Shown piece after piece: positions 10,725-22,755 of a stretch of DNA of 35,442 nucleotides. The notes beneath the pieces are model-generated. The model was not told the DNA's origin, searched no databases, and saw nothing but the letters and a program-made list of their open reading frames with translations. The stretch's first letter is position 1; each line of letters begins with the position of its first letter. Source of the DNA: Octopus sinensis (Eukaryota). Position numbers and translations under genes: made by a program. Location of the stretch: positions 1-35,442 of the forward strand of contig NW_021833359.1 of assembly GCF_006345805.1 (NCBI RefSeq), in the 5' to 3' direction.

Positions 10725-10795
10725 GCTGCGGCCATGGTGAGGCACTGTTGGATTTGCTACGCCTTCACTATTTGAATCCACCTCTGATATGTGAC
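10725..10795 (-). mobile_element. 3' stub of a CR1-like LINE related to 25481-26590
   Basis: GCTGCGGCCATGGTGAGGCAC...TTTGAATCCACCTCTGATATGTGACA matches 25515-25590 (GCCGCGGCCATGCTGGGGCAC...TGTGAATCCACCTCTGATACGTGGCA). Confidence 0.7.
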
Positions 10796-11194
10796 ATATA
10801 TACACATATATACACATAGAAGCAGATACTAATATAAACAGGCAAGCGGAAATGCACAAAAGACATACATATAAATACATCGGAAAACGTGTATATAGAC
10901 AAATGCTTAGGGATATATGTATTCATAAAGGCGTGTACAGATATACATGTACATATACACGCGAAGAAATTTAAAAGGACCGGTCAATCGATACCGATAA
11001 CTCAATATTCCAATGAAACTTGATTTTATTGACCTCGGAAGGAGTACAGGCAAAATTAACTGAGGCATTATATGAAACCGAAAAAGAATTACAACTAATG
11101 TCTCAAAACACTCTAACGCATCTCCCTACCATATGTATATAGTCACCATTATATCAACTTATATAGTATCATGTATATAATATTTCACTATTTG

Positions 11195-11390
11195 CGTCCA
11201 TGCTGGGGCATCATCTTGGAGGATTTTAGAGGAAGAATGGACTGCAGTACTTAGTTTTTAAAGCCTGATATTTACTCCATCGGTCCCTTAAGCAGAACTG
11301 CTAAAGTACGGGTCGTAAAATTCCCAACATACATTGTCAAGAAGTGGGGGAGGACGAACATAGACACAAATGCATGCACACACACACAAA
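11195..11390 (-). mobile_element. SINE family A 3' half, highly diverged
   Basis: CCATGCTGGGGCATCATCTTG...TACTCCATCGGTCCC...GCAGAACTGCTAAAGTACGGG...TTGTCAAG aligns loosely to the family A 3' half. Confidence 0.55.
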
Positions 11391-11409
11391 CATGTATGTA
11401 TATATATAA

Positions 11410-11664
11410 TAAAAATAAATGTTCCTGCTCGAGCCATGCCAGGCTCATAAGGACCGGTTTCCCGGTTTCAGTGGCGTAGAAATTCCTCACCTGGAAGGGA
11501 CGCCGGTCCGTCGCAGGATTACTCATTTTGCCAACTGAATGGACTGGAGTAACGTGAAATGAAGTGTTTTGCTCAAGAACACAACGCATCGCCCGGTCCA
11601 GGAATCGAAGCCACAACCTTACGATCACGAGTTCAACACCCTAACCACTAAGCCACGCGCCTCC
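11410..11664 (-). mobile_element. tRNA-derived SINE, family C (CORE-like)
   Basis: Minus strand GGAGGCGCGTGGCTTAGTGGTTAGGGTG...GGCTTCGATTCCTGG (A/B boxes), then TGTGTTCTTGAGCAAAACACTT, a CORE-type segment. Confidence 0.8.
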
Positions 11665-11668
11665 ACAT

Positions 11669-11700
<32 letters not shown>

Positions 11701-11759
11701 GTATGTATGTATGTACGTATGTATATATATGTGTGTGTGCGTGTATATATATATATACA

Positions 11760-11941
<182 letters not shown>

Positions 11942-11956
11942 TTATATATATATATG

Positions 11957-12060
11957 CAATAGGCTTTCGTTAGCCCGAGGCTATAGCAGATTTTTGTCCA
12001 AAATGTCACGCAGTGGGACTGAGCCCGGGCACGTGCTTGGAAAGCAAACTTGTTACGTCT
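11957..12060 (-). mobile_element. SINE family A 5' fragment
   Basis: GAGGCTATAGCAGA...GCAGTGGGACTGAGCCCGG matches the reverse of the family A head and core. Confidence 0.7.
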
Positions 12061-12327
12061 GGCCCTAGAAACAACCACACACACACGCACACATTCACAC
12101 ACGTATATGTTAAATGATGGGTGAAAATGTATTTTAAATTATAATTATAAACATGATTATAAGCTTATAATTATATTTACAAGAATATATATATGATATA
12201 TATGCGTATGTACGTATGTATATCGGTATCTATCTACGTATATTCGATACATATCTATCAGCGTATCTATCTCTCTCTATATATATTTATTATGGTCGTG
12301 TTCACACAAACAACCACACATTTACGG

Positions 12328-12430
12328 TAGAATCAAAAGCATAACGCACTACATCAAAAAACAGAACTGCAACCGATTGTTGTTGCAGGTGACGTACCAA
12401 GAGATAAAGAAGGCAACAGATAAAACGACA
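12328..12430. repeat. unclassified ~100-bp dispersed repeat, copy 1
   Basis: TAGAATCAAA...CAGAACTGCAACCGATTGTTGTTGCAGGTGACGTAC...GGCAACAGATAAAAC matches 17311-17413. Confidence 0.75.
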
Positions 12431-12555
12431 TCAGTGACGTTTGAAAGTTAAATATATCTACAGATATCTATATATTCACTAATTATTTACCTATATGTTT
12501 TCTCTAATTAACTACACACACATATACACACAAACCACGCTTGCGCTCATGGACA

Positions 12556-12595
<40 letters not shown>

Positions 12596-12889
12596 GAAAC
12601 CCACACACATATCAATAAACAACAGCGCCGCTAATTAAATTGAACAACTTTTAATCACATTTATTATTTCAAATGATTAAATCCTTTGTGCGTGTGTGTG
12701 TCAAATATACTGGTGTGTGTTTGGTGTAGTGTGGATGTATTTTAGGTAGTGTATAAGTATGTGTATATATAATAGATGTGTGTATGAATATAATGAGTAG
12801 GTAAAATATACCTACTCACAAATAAACAAAAATGTATGAATGTATATATTATTCGCTATTCATAGTTATGTGATATATATATGTAGTCA

Positions 12890-12890
<1 letters not shown>

Positions 12891-12984
<94 letters not shown>

Positions 12985-12985
12985 A
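12891..12985. repeat. (ATCT)n microsatellite
   Basis: Direct reading. Confidence 0.97.
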
Positions 12986-13147
12986 TGTATATATATGTGT
13001 GTATATATATGTACACACACACACACACATACATATATAAACATTTACATTTATATATGTGTTTATATGTATATTTGCGTATAAACATATTTGTGCATAT
13101 TATATATGTATATATATATATATACACAAAAACTTCTACATATATGC

Positions 13148-13204
<57 letters not shown>

Positions 13205-14628
13205 TATACACACACATATAAATACAGATTGACACATATATACTGTTCGTGTGTGCTTTTATACGTATCTATATTTTGGCACAATCTTTATTTATTTTTT
13301 TGTAGTGTTTAATTCTTCTCTTCTTGTTTCACCCTAAACACCTCCACCACCAGCATCGGGCTCGGTGCTTTAATCTGCTCATACCACCACCACTAATCTA
13401 TCCGACCATAATCTACCTCCACCTCATACCACTACGAACAATGTTTAACTCCCATCTTACTCTTCCCATCACCAGCAAGCGCTACCACGTATCACCAATA
13501 CTAATCACAACTTTCCCCCACCACTCTCTCTCATTCCCGGCCAAAATCCCCATTACCGATCACCACCTACCACTACAAGAAATCTCCAGTTCCAACTACC
13601 ACCAAACATCACAACATACCATTCTTTATATTAGCATCTTTTTATTTGTGATGATTTTCATTTCTTTCAAGTTTTTTTTATTACATTTCATTTTCAGTTA
13701 TGCTTTTATATCATATGATTTTATATATTCCTTTTTGTAAAATTTTAGATTTTCTTTTTTATTAAATATATTCAGTAGTATCTACGACATACACGAATAG
13801 ACATACGAATCACAACCTTGTATGTATGCATATATGTATGTGTTTATGTATGTATGTGTGTATATATATATAACTGCCCGAAACAGTAAGGACTTCTGGT
13901 ATACTTGACTGAAGAAAGACGGCCACGAATGACCCGTCTTTTTTTGCCTGTCCTTCTAATTGTTGTTACTCCTGTTCGCCTTTGTATCGTCTGTCTATCT
14001 GAATGTTTTATTGTCCTCTATTGCGTTTATATATACTGACATTATATATATTATATCTCTTGTGTGTATAAGTGCGTGAACATATGAGTGTGTGAGTTGG
14101 TGCATGCATGCATTTGTGAATGTAAAATGTATGTGTGTATGTAAATATACACGCAGTCATGTATTTAAAAGAAACCGTAAGAAAGGGAGAAAGAATGAAA
14201 GGTCGGGGAAATGGTGAACCAATGCGCTGAAGTCACCACATCTAGAGCCATAGTGTATATAGAATAGAACAGAGACCTAGAATCGTGGGATCCTGCCAAC
14301 TGCTCAATGTACCTTAGAATAAGTAGAGGCCTCTGTATACCCACACGTACACAAACACGCACACACACACACACAGACATACACAAACACGTACATTAAA
14401 ATACGTACTTCAGTATTCCAATATTATAAACGTTATGTGTATATATCTCACCTCGTCTTTGTGTTTTCTTTAATTTTTCAACCATACGAAATATATACAT
14501 GTATAAATATATTGTATGTAAATTTATATATATTATGAAAAACAATGAAAGTAAGAAGAAAGATTATAAGGCAGGAATGATAAGTTTTAGCAAATATATT
14601 AGTTTAACGCTTAAAAAGAAGAGAAAGA

Positions 14629-14667
14629 GTTCTGACGTTTCGGACGATTGCTTTGCATCAGAAGAAC
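14629..14667 (-). ncRNA. degenerate minimal hammerhead-like motif
   Basis: Minus strand GUUCUU-CUGAUGC-AAAGCAAUCGUC-CGAAAC-GUC-AGAAC. GAAACGUC signature with stem I GUUCU/AGAAC. A9 is changed and stem II is weak. Confidence 0.4.
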
Positions 14668-15199
14668 GATATAAAAGAAAATTTGTATACAGTCGGAGAG
14701 AGTCTTAAGAGTTTAAAGCTGGAAAAATGTAAAATCCAGTGGTTATTTCCAAGGGTAAATTCTAAGTGGGGTGAGCTAACTGGAGAAAGTGGATTTCGTA
14801 CGTGTGTGTCTATGTGAGTGTTTGTGTGAGTGTTTTTAGCGAGTTAAAGAATCATTGGTAGGGGAAGTATTGAATAAAGAAGTTCATCAAAGTGTGAATG
14901 TGTTAAATGCAGTTGTCGTTGAAGCTGAGGGTAGCGCATAGAAGGAAGTTGCAAATGAGTGAAAAAAAAGCGAAATGTATGACTGCGAGTTATTGTTTGT
15001 GTAGGTGTGCTTTTTAGTACATGATTGTATGTACATGTGTGCGTAAGTAAAGCTTTAGTGGCTATGTATGTCAAGGAGACAGGAAGATTAAGAGAACGGT
15101 GACGTGTCTACATGTGTGTATGTTCATGTGTGAGTGTTTGTGTAGGTATACGTGGTAAATGGGACTTTCTAGTTGATGGTTCTACTCCATTTCATCAAG

Positions 15200-16500
15200 T
15201 ACACAAATTGCTGGTCATATGAGTGAATATTTTCGTGAATTGATAAACTGTGAATCTGTTTTGGTTACTGCAATGACCAACACTGCCGAACAATGGTCTG
15301 TCACCACCTTCTCGGATATAGCATGAACATTAGATAAAATAAGCAAAGCAATAAGGAAATTGGAGATTAGCAAGTCTCCTAGAATCGGTAAAATCTGCAC
15401 AGAATCTTCATGAGCTTATTTGTGACGTCTGGTGTAGCTCACAAAATTGGAAATATGCAACTATGCTTCACCTTCATGAAGGAAATGAAATCCTGATAAA
15501 ATGTGGCAATCATAGATATATTACTGTTCTGTCAGCTGTCAGTAACGCTATGGCCATCATTCTTATTTCTTGACCGAATAAACACCTTGTCATTTCCAGT
15601 CTATGGTGTACATTCCGTTCTGGTAGAGGAACGATGCGGATATGATTTCCACAGTAAGGCAGATGCCAGAGATTTGCTATGAGTATAACATTGATCTAAT
15701 AAACACCTTCGCAACTTTAAATAGGATTTCCCTGTGGAAAATACTTGCTCACTTTGGCTGTCCCAGTAATTTTGTATCCATAATTCAATCGTTTCAGTCA
15801 CAATGGTAACATGTTGGGACTGATTGTAACATTCTTATGCGAAGCTCTACGCTTTCCATTGTTTCCGTTCATGCTTTTGCCATCGGTTCCTTTAAAAGAT
15901 ATGTGTGATGTAACTATTTTTGCTGCTATTGCCCAAGCTTTACTACTCATGGTCTTCTTTTTTTTGCATAAAACTGTAATCTAATTGCAAATACTGGTGA
16001 AAATACGACAATTTTTATAGATTACACCTCTGTATCGTATTTGAAGCTCAGCTTTATCTTGGAGAATACCACTGTAATGTTCAAATCTGCCCATCAAGCA
16101 CATACATGAAACCATCTATCTTATTTGAAGGGACAGACCAGAAAGTAGAAGGAAAGTGTGTTTACTTGCGCCGCACATTCAGGAGTTCTTGTTTCTTGGA
16201 TGGTAGAATGTCTTGTAAACTTTCAGAAGGTAAACGATTTTCTGAAGGCTCTTGAGTCTCGTGTCTGCCTTCATTGAAGATGATAAACGTTGCTGTATAT
16301 CATGTCCGTGTACTGACTTCTCTTCTTTCTTCATGTAAGGCATGGGTTCTTCAGAATAGTTATTTAAAAGTATTTCAGTATTTTCATCAGAGATGCTAAA
16401 GGCACATCCCGAATCGTAGCTGGTCATCGCAGCTTACTCTGAACGCAAAAATCTTTGTGAAAGCAGAAGTCTTGAACCTTGAGGCAACGACACAGAAGCA
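15200..16500 (+). pseudogene. RTE-clade LINE reverse transcriptase relic
   Basis: Broken reading SEYFRELIN...ISKAIRKL...FRSGRG..DMISTVRQMPEICYEYN...SLWKILAHFGCPSNFVSIIQSF...VAVYHVRVLTSLLSSCKAW...FHQRC*RHI matches RTE/BovB-type ORF motifs. Many stops and indels. Confidence 0.8.
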
Positions 16501-16569
16501 CATTTACATTGAAGCGGAGATGAGTGATTCAGGGGGGCCCAGAAGCTTCTCTGTACTAACGCTGAGATA

Positions 16570-17235
16570 ACAACTGCCATTAATCATAACCAGGTCCTAA
16601 GAAATGCTTCACTTATTGGATCACCCTATCACTGAGGATTTGCCCTGGCAAAAGCACATCCTTAGATTTGCTACAATCGCATCCTAACCGCTACGTTTCT
16701 CTTCAGGGCCAGAAGGTTGTTCAACGTCAATCAATTATCAATCTCTCTCTATATAAACGGCAGTTTGTCTGTGCGTGTTTCTGTGTGTCTGTTTTCTCGT
16801 ACCCTCACCCTGACCACGGCTTTCAACCGATTCTGATGAAACTTGACACACACATAGCCCAATGTCATAATTCAAAACTAACGCAGCGAAAATTTTGAAA
16901 AGTTCCCCCAGTTCTGAAAAAAATCGATAAATTCAACATGGGGTCGAGAATAAAAAAAAACAAACCACAGACTGTCTAGGGGACGCAACTCAACCTTTTA
17001 TTACTCTCAAAAAAAAATTTACCATCATTTTTTTCCATTTTTTTGCTATTTTTTGGCTATAACTCTCTAAAAATGCTTTATAGTTATTTCCCTTACAAAC
17101 CTGAGCAACGCCGGGCGATACTGCTAGTATACTATAAAGCTCATGTTAAATCTACAATAGAGTTTTGCTCTCACATCTGCGACGGTGCTGTTACTGCTTC
17201 AAAACATGGGTATCATAGACTGCATCCAGTCTAGG
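16570..17235 (+). pseudogene. CR1/L2-group LINE RT C-terminal fragment interrupted by a Helitron
   Basis: EDLPWQKHILRFATIAS...LFRARRLFNVNQLS continues after the insertion as YKAHVKSTIEFCSHICDGA (compare YKAQIRP.LEYCSHIWDGA). Confidence 0.7.
16742..17127 (+). mobile_element. non-autonomous Helitron-type element
   Basis: Begins TC after A16741 and ends CTAG before T17128 (A|T target, no TSD). Subterminal GC-rich hairpin CCTGAGCAACGCCGGG about 10 nt from the 3' end. Confidence 0.8.
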
Positions 17236-17310
17236 ACACACACACATGCACGCACGCACACACAGACACACACACACACAAACACACACATTATAACAAC
17301 ACATCTATAA

Positions 17311-17413
17311 TAGAATCAAATGCATTGCAGAAGACGTCAGAAAGCAGAACTGCAGCCGATTTTTGTTGCAGCTGATGTACTAGAGGGTATAGATGGCAAC
17401 AAATAAAACACAT
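17311..17413. repeat. unclassified ~100-bp dispersed repeat, copy 2
   Basis: Aligns to 12328-12430. Confidence 0.75.
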
Positions 17414-17439
17414 TATATATATATATATATATATATATT

Positions 17440-18145
17440 ATAGAGAAGGCCAGTTTATGGGATTACCCTGGGTTTCCTGTCCATAAAGGGTTTAGCTTTA
17501 TGGCGTATCGTTAGACACCAAAACCTGTTGGCCTAAGACGTCTTCAAAATATGGATGGGAAAATAAGGATCTCCCTTTGCCATTGGATATCGACTTCCGG
17601 CTGTGCCACCATCTTGCGGATTCCAAAATGCTAGCTGGAATTTCCTAAAATGCAAACATGTTTTTGCCCGAAACTCTCTGTTCTGCAGTTAAGGATGCTT
17701 CCTGGTTTGAGCGAATCTTTTAGGATTCTCGCGCGTTCAGCTATGCATAACTTGTAACGCTTCGTCCCGTTGATGTAGAGGCCTGGGTCTTCGAGGATTT
17801 TCCATGAGATCGAGTATGGGATCCCATCGTCCCTTAGTTGCCAGATATCACTGGCTAGCGATATTACGTATCTCCTTTCCGGAACTCTGAAGAGGAGCCT
17901 ATGGCTGGAAAGACGTTGCATGAGAGAGTTTCCAGTACATCCAATGTATTTACGTAGGCGCGTGTTGTCGGCGCTGCACCTGTTGCTGTTGTTGCTACTG
18001 CTGTTGTCGCCGATGATGTTGTTGTTGGAGCTGGGGATGCTGGTTTTGGCGTCGTTGGAGGTGGTGGTGGCGTCGGTAACGTTAGCACCCATCCGCGTGT
18101 TGTCAGTGCTGCACCTGTTGCTGCCGTTGTTGTTGCTGCTACCAC
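17440..18145 (-). mobile_element. Penelope-like retroelement 3' fragment (GIY-YIG endonuclease C-terminal part plus 3' UTR)
   Basis: Open frame KYIGCTGNSLMQRLSSHR...LASDIWQLRDDGIPYSISWKILE...NGTKRYKLCIAE...ILNCRTE resembles PLE endonuclease YIG..T...R...H...L..YIW.LK.....I.WKI...CXLC..E...LN.RSE. The 5' end is cut by the (GATA)n array. Confidence 0.8.
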
Positions 18146-18269
18146 CGATAGATAGATATTCAAATAGATAAATAGATAGATAGATAGATATAAATAGATA
18201 TAGATAGACAGATATAAATAGATAGATATAGATAGATAGATATAGATAGATAGATATAGATAGATAGAT

Positions 18270-18300
<31 letters not shown>

Positions 18301-18352
18301 TAGATAGATAGATATAGATAGATAGATATAGATAGATAGATAGATAGATAGA
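18146..18352. repeat. (GATA)n/(GATATA)n microsatellite
   Basis: Direct reading. Confidence 0.95.
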
Positions 18353-18747
18353 CATAAACGCAACACTTTTGCACAAAGTTACGAACAGACACTCTCCAGT
18401 CCGTGGCCCACATCTGCGCTGTTTCTTCTCCTTTTCTATCGCTGCTATAATAATATCATTTCCTCAGAAGGGCTGGGTTCATGTTTCTCAACTCAAGCAT
18501 TCCCATCCTACACGTCTCTCTTTCTCTCATTCCTTTCGTTGCGTATCTCCAAAGGTCATTTGGTAACCACAGTGTCCAATCTTTTCTGCTCACAAACCGA
18601 TTGTCTTACAAAGGCTCAGGAGGAATATTAACAGCATCAGTCACACCGGTCTATTAGGGCTCACGAGGGGAAAAAGTGTGACGTCAAAAGACATAGAAAT
18701 CTTCTTGACTCTCTGAATGGACAAAGCGGTTCAGAAAGGGATGCGGA

Positions 18748-18872
18748 TTTTTAATGAAATGTGCGCGTTTTCTATACAGAATTTTATGAAACTGCATATT
18801 TTCTATACAGAATTTAATGAAAAGTGTGCATTTTCTATACACAATTTTATGAACAGTGTGCATTTTCTATAA
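18748..18872. repeat. 31-32-bp minisatellite, about 4 copies
   Basis: Unit approximately TTT(A/T)ATGAAAxGTGTGCATTTTCTATACAGAA. Confidence 0.85.
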
Positions 18873-19344
18873 GTGAGTTGCATGAAAATTAGATATTAGA
18901 AAAGGGGGAAGGGATAAGCCTGTTCTGCCAAAAGAGTGGCAGTATATAGTTACGAACGAAGTCATTATGTCAGAAAAAATACTGCCAACGTTATGTCCAT
19001 GACAAAGATTGCGTTACATGCCGTACATGTAGTAAGGGCTTTAAGTATATTAAAGGGCTTAAAATATAGAGTGTAATATATGTACATAGAAATCTGTACT
19101 TCGACACACATGTGTGAAGATACACAGGTATTTAAGGTTAGTGAAAAGATATATGAGAAACTGTAGGCCCTATCGAGCCTTCAGTGAAAGCACAATTATT
19201 TTGGTGGACAGTGAAGGACACCCTAGACACGAATGTAGAGCCATTGTACATAAGCACACACACATATGCTCACGCGCACACACGCACACACACACATACA
19301 CGCATACAAACTCCATATTTATTTGTGAAAATATATAATTTTAG

Positions 19345-19406
<62 letters not shown>

Positions 19407-19746
19407 CGCACACATATATAGCATATACACACACGCATCTATATATACACGTATACATACAGATATATGACACCCACTTTACATTTATAAATATGAAAAT
19501 GTATATATATATATATATATATTTGTATTTGTGTTAGTGTCTCTGCTTATGCATGTTTGTATGTTTGTATGTGTATATTTGTGCAATTAAACAACTGATA
19601 AGACTAATTCACATTAATCTCTCAAAATTAAGATGACAAACTTGGATGTTTTGCAAAATATTTGTCACATTATTTACTTTACATTTCTATCTATGTTAAA
19701 TCGGTACATACACACATAAGGCACATGTCTCTCTCTCTCTCTCCGT

Positions 19747-19822
19747 ATATATATATTATATATATATATTATATATATATATATATATTATATATATATA
19801 TATATATATACATATATATATA

Positions 19823-19854
<32 letters not shown>

Positions 19855-19858
19855 TATA

Positions 19859-19928
<70 letters not shown>

Positions 19929-20018
19929 TATACATACATATATACATGCATATATACATGCATATACATATATACATACGTATATATACACAGGTATATA
20001 TATGAACATGTATATACA

Positions 20019-20061
<43 letters not shown>

Positions 20062-20073
20062 TAATATATATAC
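19747..20073. repeat. long (TA)n/(TACA)n array
   Basis: Direct reading. Confidence 0.95.
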
Positions 20074-21035
20074 TGATAGAGAGAGGGGGAGAGGATGAGT
20101 TATGAGTTAGATATATAGGTATACATATGCATATATACAAACATGCACTCACACATATTATATATAAATATACATACACACATATATACACAAAAAAAAC
20201 ATATATTTGCATACAAACAAACGTGTATGTCATATATACATTATGTACACATACACATATGCGCAAGCACACACACACGCATACAGACACTGAGGTGCAC
20301 ATTGTCCTCTTCATGCATACATTCACACACATACACACACATACACACACATGCACACACATACGCTCGCACACGCGCACACACACGCGCTTACACGAAG
20401 GCACATGAATGTATGCGATAAGTGTGTCTATGTATATGTTTGTTAGTGTGTATGGTACATATGTGTTTATGTGTAGTTGTCTGCTTGTGTGAGCAATTAA
20501 GATATTGATAAGGATTATAACGCTAATCTCTCACAGTTAACTTGACAAAGTGAAATGTCTAATGAAGATATTAGCAATTATTAATGAAGATATTAGCAAT
20601 GTAATTAAGCGAAGATACATGCAGACTGACAGACTTATAGCTACTATGATATATTCATATATCTCCATACACCTGTCCATATATAGGAATACACTCTGCT
20701 TACACGTTCGCATGCGTGTATGTGTGTGTTTGTATGTATGTAAGTGTGAATGTTTGATTATCTGCCTGCTTGTCAGTATGTGTGTGTGTATATTTGTGTG
20801 TGCGTGTGCGTGCGTGTGTGTATGTATGTGTGTATGTGTTTGTGTATATATAGATATGAATATGAATATGTATGCAAGTAGGTATGTCCATACTAGAGTA
20901 TTAATGTCATCATATGCGAATATCTATATATACATACGTATATACATACGTGTATTCATATATATGTATTATGTGTGATATATATGTGTGTGTATACATA
21001 ATACATACATATATGTTATGCATTATATATCTATA

Positions 21036-21072
<37 letters not shown>

Positions 21073-21201
21073 AGAGATATAAATGACAAGATATATACGT
21101 AAATAATGTATGTAAATAGATAGACAGACATGTTTTCATACATAATTCCACGAAATTAATTATTTCTTTTGTACACACACACACCTACACATACATACAC
21201 A

Positions 21202-21236
<35 letters not shown>

Positions 21237-21349
21237 CCTCTCTCTCTCTCTCACACACACACACACTCACAAACAAACAAAAAAAAGATTTCAGAAAATA
21301 CTCAACTTTTAATATATGACAGTACAAGGAAAAAAATAACAACAACAAC

Positions 21350-21351
<2 letters not shown>

Positions 21352-21423
<72 letters not shown>

Positions 21424-21442
21424 AAGAAGAAGAAGAAGACGA
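21352..21442. repeat. (AAT)n followed by (GAA)n
   Basis: Direct reading. Confidence 0.95.
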
Positions 21443-21721
21443 AGAATGGCTATTATTATTATTATTACTTTAGTTCCAAAGAAGATTGAGTTTGAAGAAA
21501 AATGTTTAAATGAAATCAATGCAAATTAGAAAGGTTTCCATTAAAATTATATAGTTTTTGTCATGAATAGAGGCGAGCAGAGAAGACAAACAACAATTGA
21601 ACCACAAACAAGAAATGAACGATAATCACTGCTATGAAGGAGGTAAATGGTTTCGAGATCAAATTCCACGAGCAGCATTCTTTGACATACTTATGTTACT
21701 TAAGCCCTTCGCTCTCTACAT

Positions 21722-22000
21722 AGTAGTGGTCTTCAAACGAGGTTCATATGACCTCAGGTGCTTTATGTAAAATAGTAAATTGGAGATCCATCGTAGTATA
21801 TTAAGGGTCCACGAAATTCTTTTTCTTTTTATTTAGTTGTATTTATTGCAAGAAACTGTTAGGTTTCTCTTTCTCTCTAACAATCTATACAAGTGAGAGT
21901 GTGAATAACAAACTATGAATTTTAAAAGAAGTTTCTATTAAACTAGTTTTTAGACATCGAATGGCTATAGGGATTCAGCAGAATAGAATAGTAATCAAAC
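21722..22000 (+). mobile_element. degenerate hAT/Charlie-like MITE, 3'-truncated
   Basis: Starts TAGTGGTCTTCAAAC, similar to the Charlie/MER5-type terminus CAGTGGTTCTCAA. The partner TIR is not visible because a repeat follows. Assignment is from recall only. Confidence 0.4.
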
Positions 22001-22009
22001 GTTTTTTTT

Positions 22010-22167
22010 TCTCGGTTCTCTCTCTATTTTCCTCTCTCAATCCTATTTGTCGAAGAGCGTATGCTCGAAACGTCAAAGACATTTCCATTCTTCCTGAGAG
22101 TCAAACAAATACACCTGCTTGTTGTTCTTTAACCTGTCTTCGTCTTTTGTTTTCTGTAAATTCGACC

Positions 22168-22168
<1 letters not shown>
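22010..22168 (+). mobile_element. short TA-flanked element with variant hammerhead-like motif (family H2)
   Basis: TTTGTCGA-A-GAGC-GTAT-GCTC-GAAAC-GTC-AAAG. Near-identical copy at 27470-27655. Shares TTCCTGAG.GTC.AA.AA.AC with family H1. Confidence 0.65.
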
Positions 22169-22201
<33 letters not shown>

Positions 22202-22202
22202 A

Positions 22203-22569
22203 GGCGCAGGAGTAGCTATGTGGTAAGAAGCTTGCTTCCTATCCACATGGTGTCACCGTCGGGAAGTGTCTTCTACTATAGCCTCGTGCCGACCAATGCC
22301 TTCTGAGTGGATTTGGTAGACGGAAACTGAAAGAACCCTGTCGGATATATATGTTTATATTTGTATGTGTTTGTCCTCCCCAACATCGCTTGACAACCGA
22401 TGTTGGTGTGTTTACGACAGCGTAACTTAGCGGTTCGGCAAAAGAGGCCGATATAATAAGTACTAGGCTTACAAAGAATAAGTCCTCGGGTCAATTTGTT
22501 CGGCTAAAGGCGGTGCTCCAGCATCGCCGCAGTCAAATGGGATGAAACAAGTAAAAGAATAAAAGAATA
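22203..22569 (+). mobile_element. SINE family A (deletion in the B-box region)
   Basis: Head GGCGCAGGAGTAGCTATGTGG through tail GGCGGTGCTCCAGCATCGCCGCAGTC...GTAAAAGAATAAAAGAATA. Confidence 0.88.
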
Positions 22570-22755
22570 CACACACATATATATGTTATAATATATATAT
22601 ATAATATATTATATTATATATATATCACATATATATATATATATGTAATATATATGTTATATATATATATTGTGTATATATATATGTATATATATATATG
22701 CATATATATATATATATGTATGGTGGTGCATGTGTGTGTGTATGTGTGTGTGTGT

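Noticed and set aside
10985-11130. Possible very old SINE family B copy
   Set aside because: Similarity (TTTATTGACCTCGGAAGGAGTACAGGCAAAATT) is too patchy to call.
13324-13740. 138-aa H/P/T-rich ORF
   Set aside because: Degenerate CAC/CCA low-complexity DNA running into a T-rich tract, with no recognisable domain.
17631-18413. The 260-aa ORF as an intact gene
   Set aside because: Its N-terminal third is (GATA)n read-through. Only 17631-18145 is real PLE-derived coding sequence, and the first GIY half and the RT are missing.
18356-18680. Minus-strand NDLWRYAT, reminiscent of an RTE-like LINE C-terminus
   Set aside because: A single short motif with no other supporting residues.
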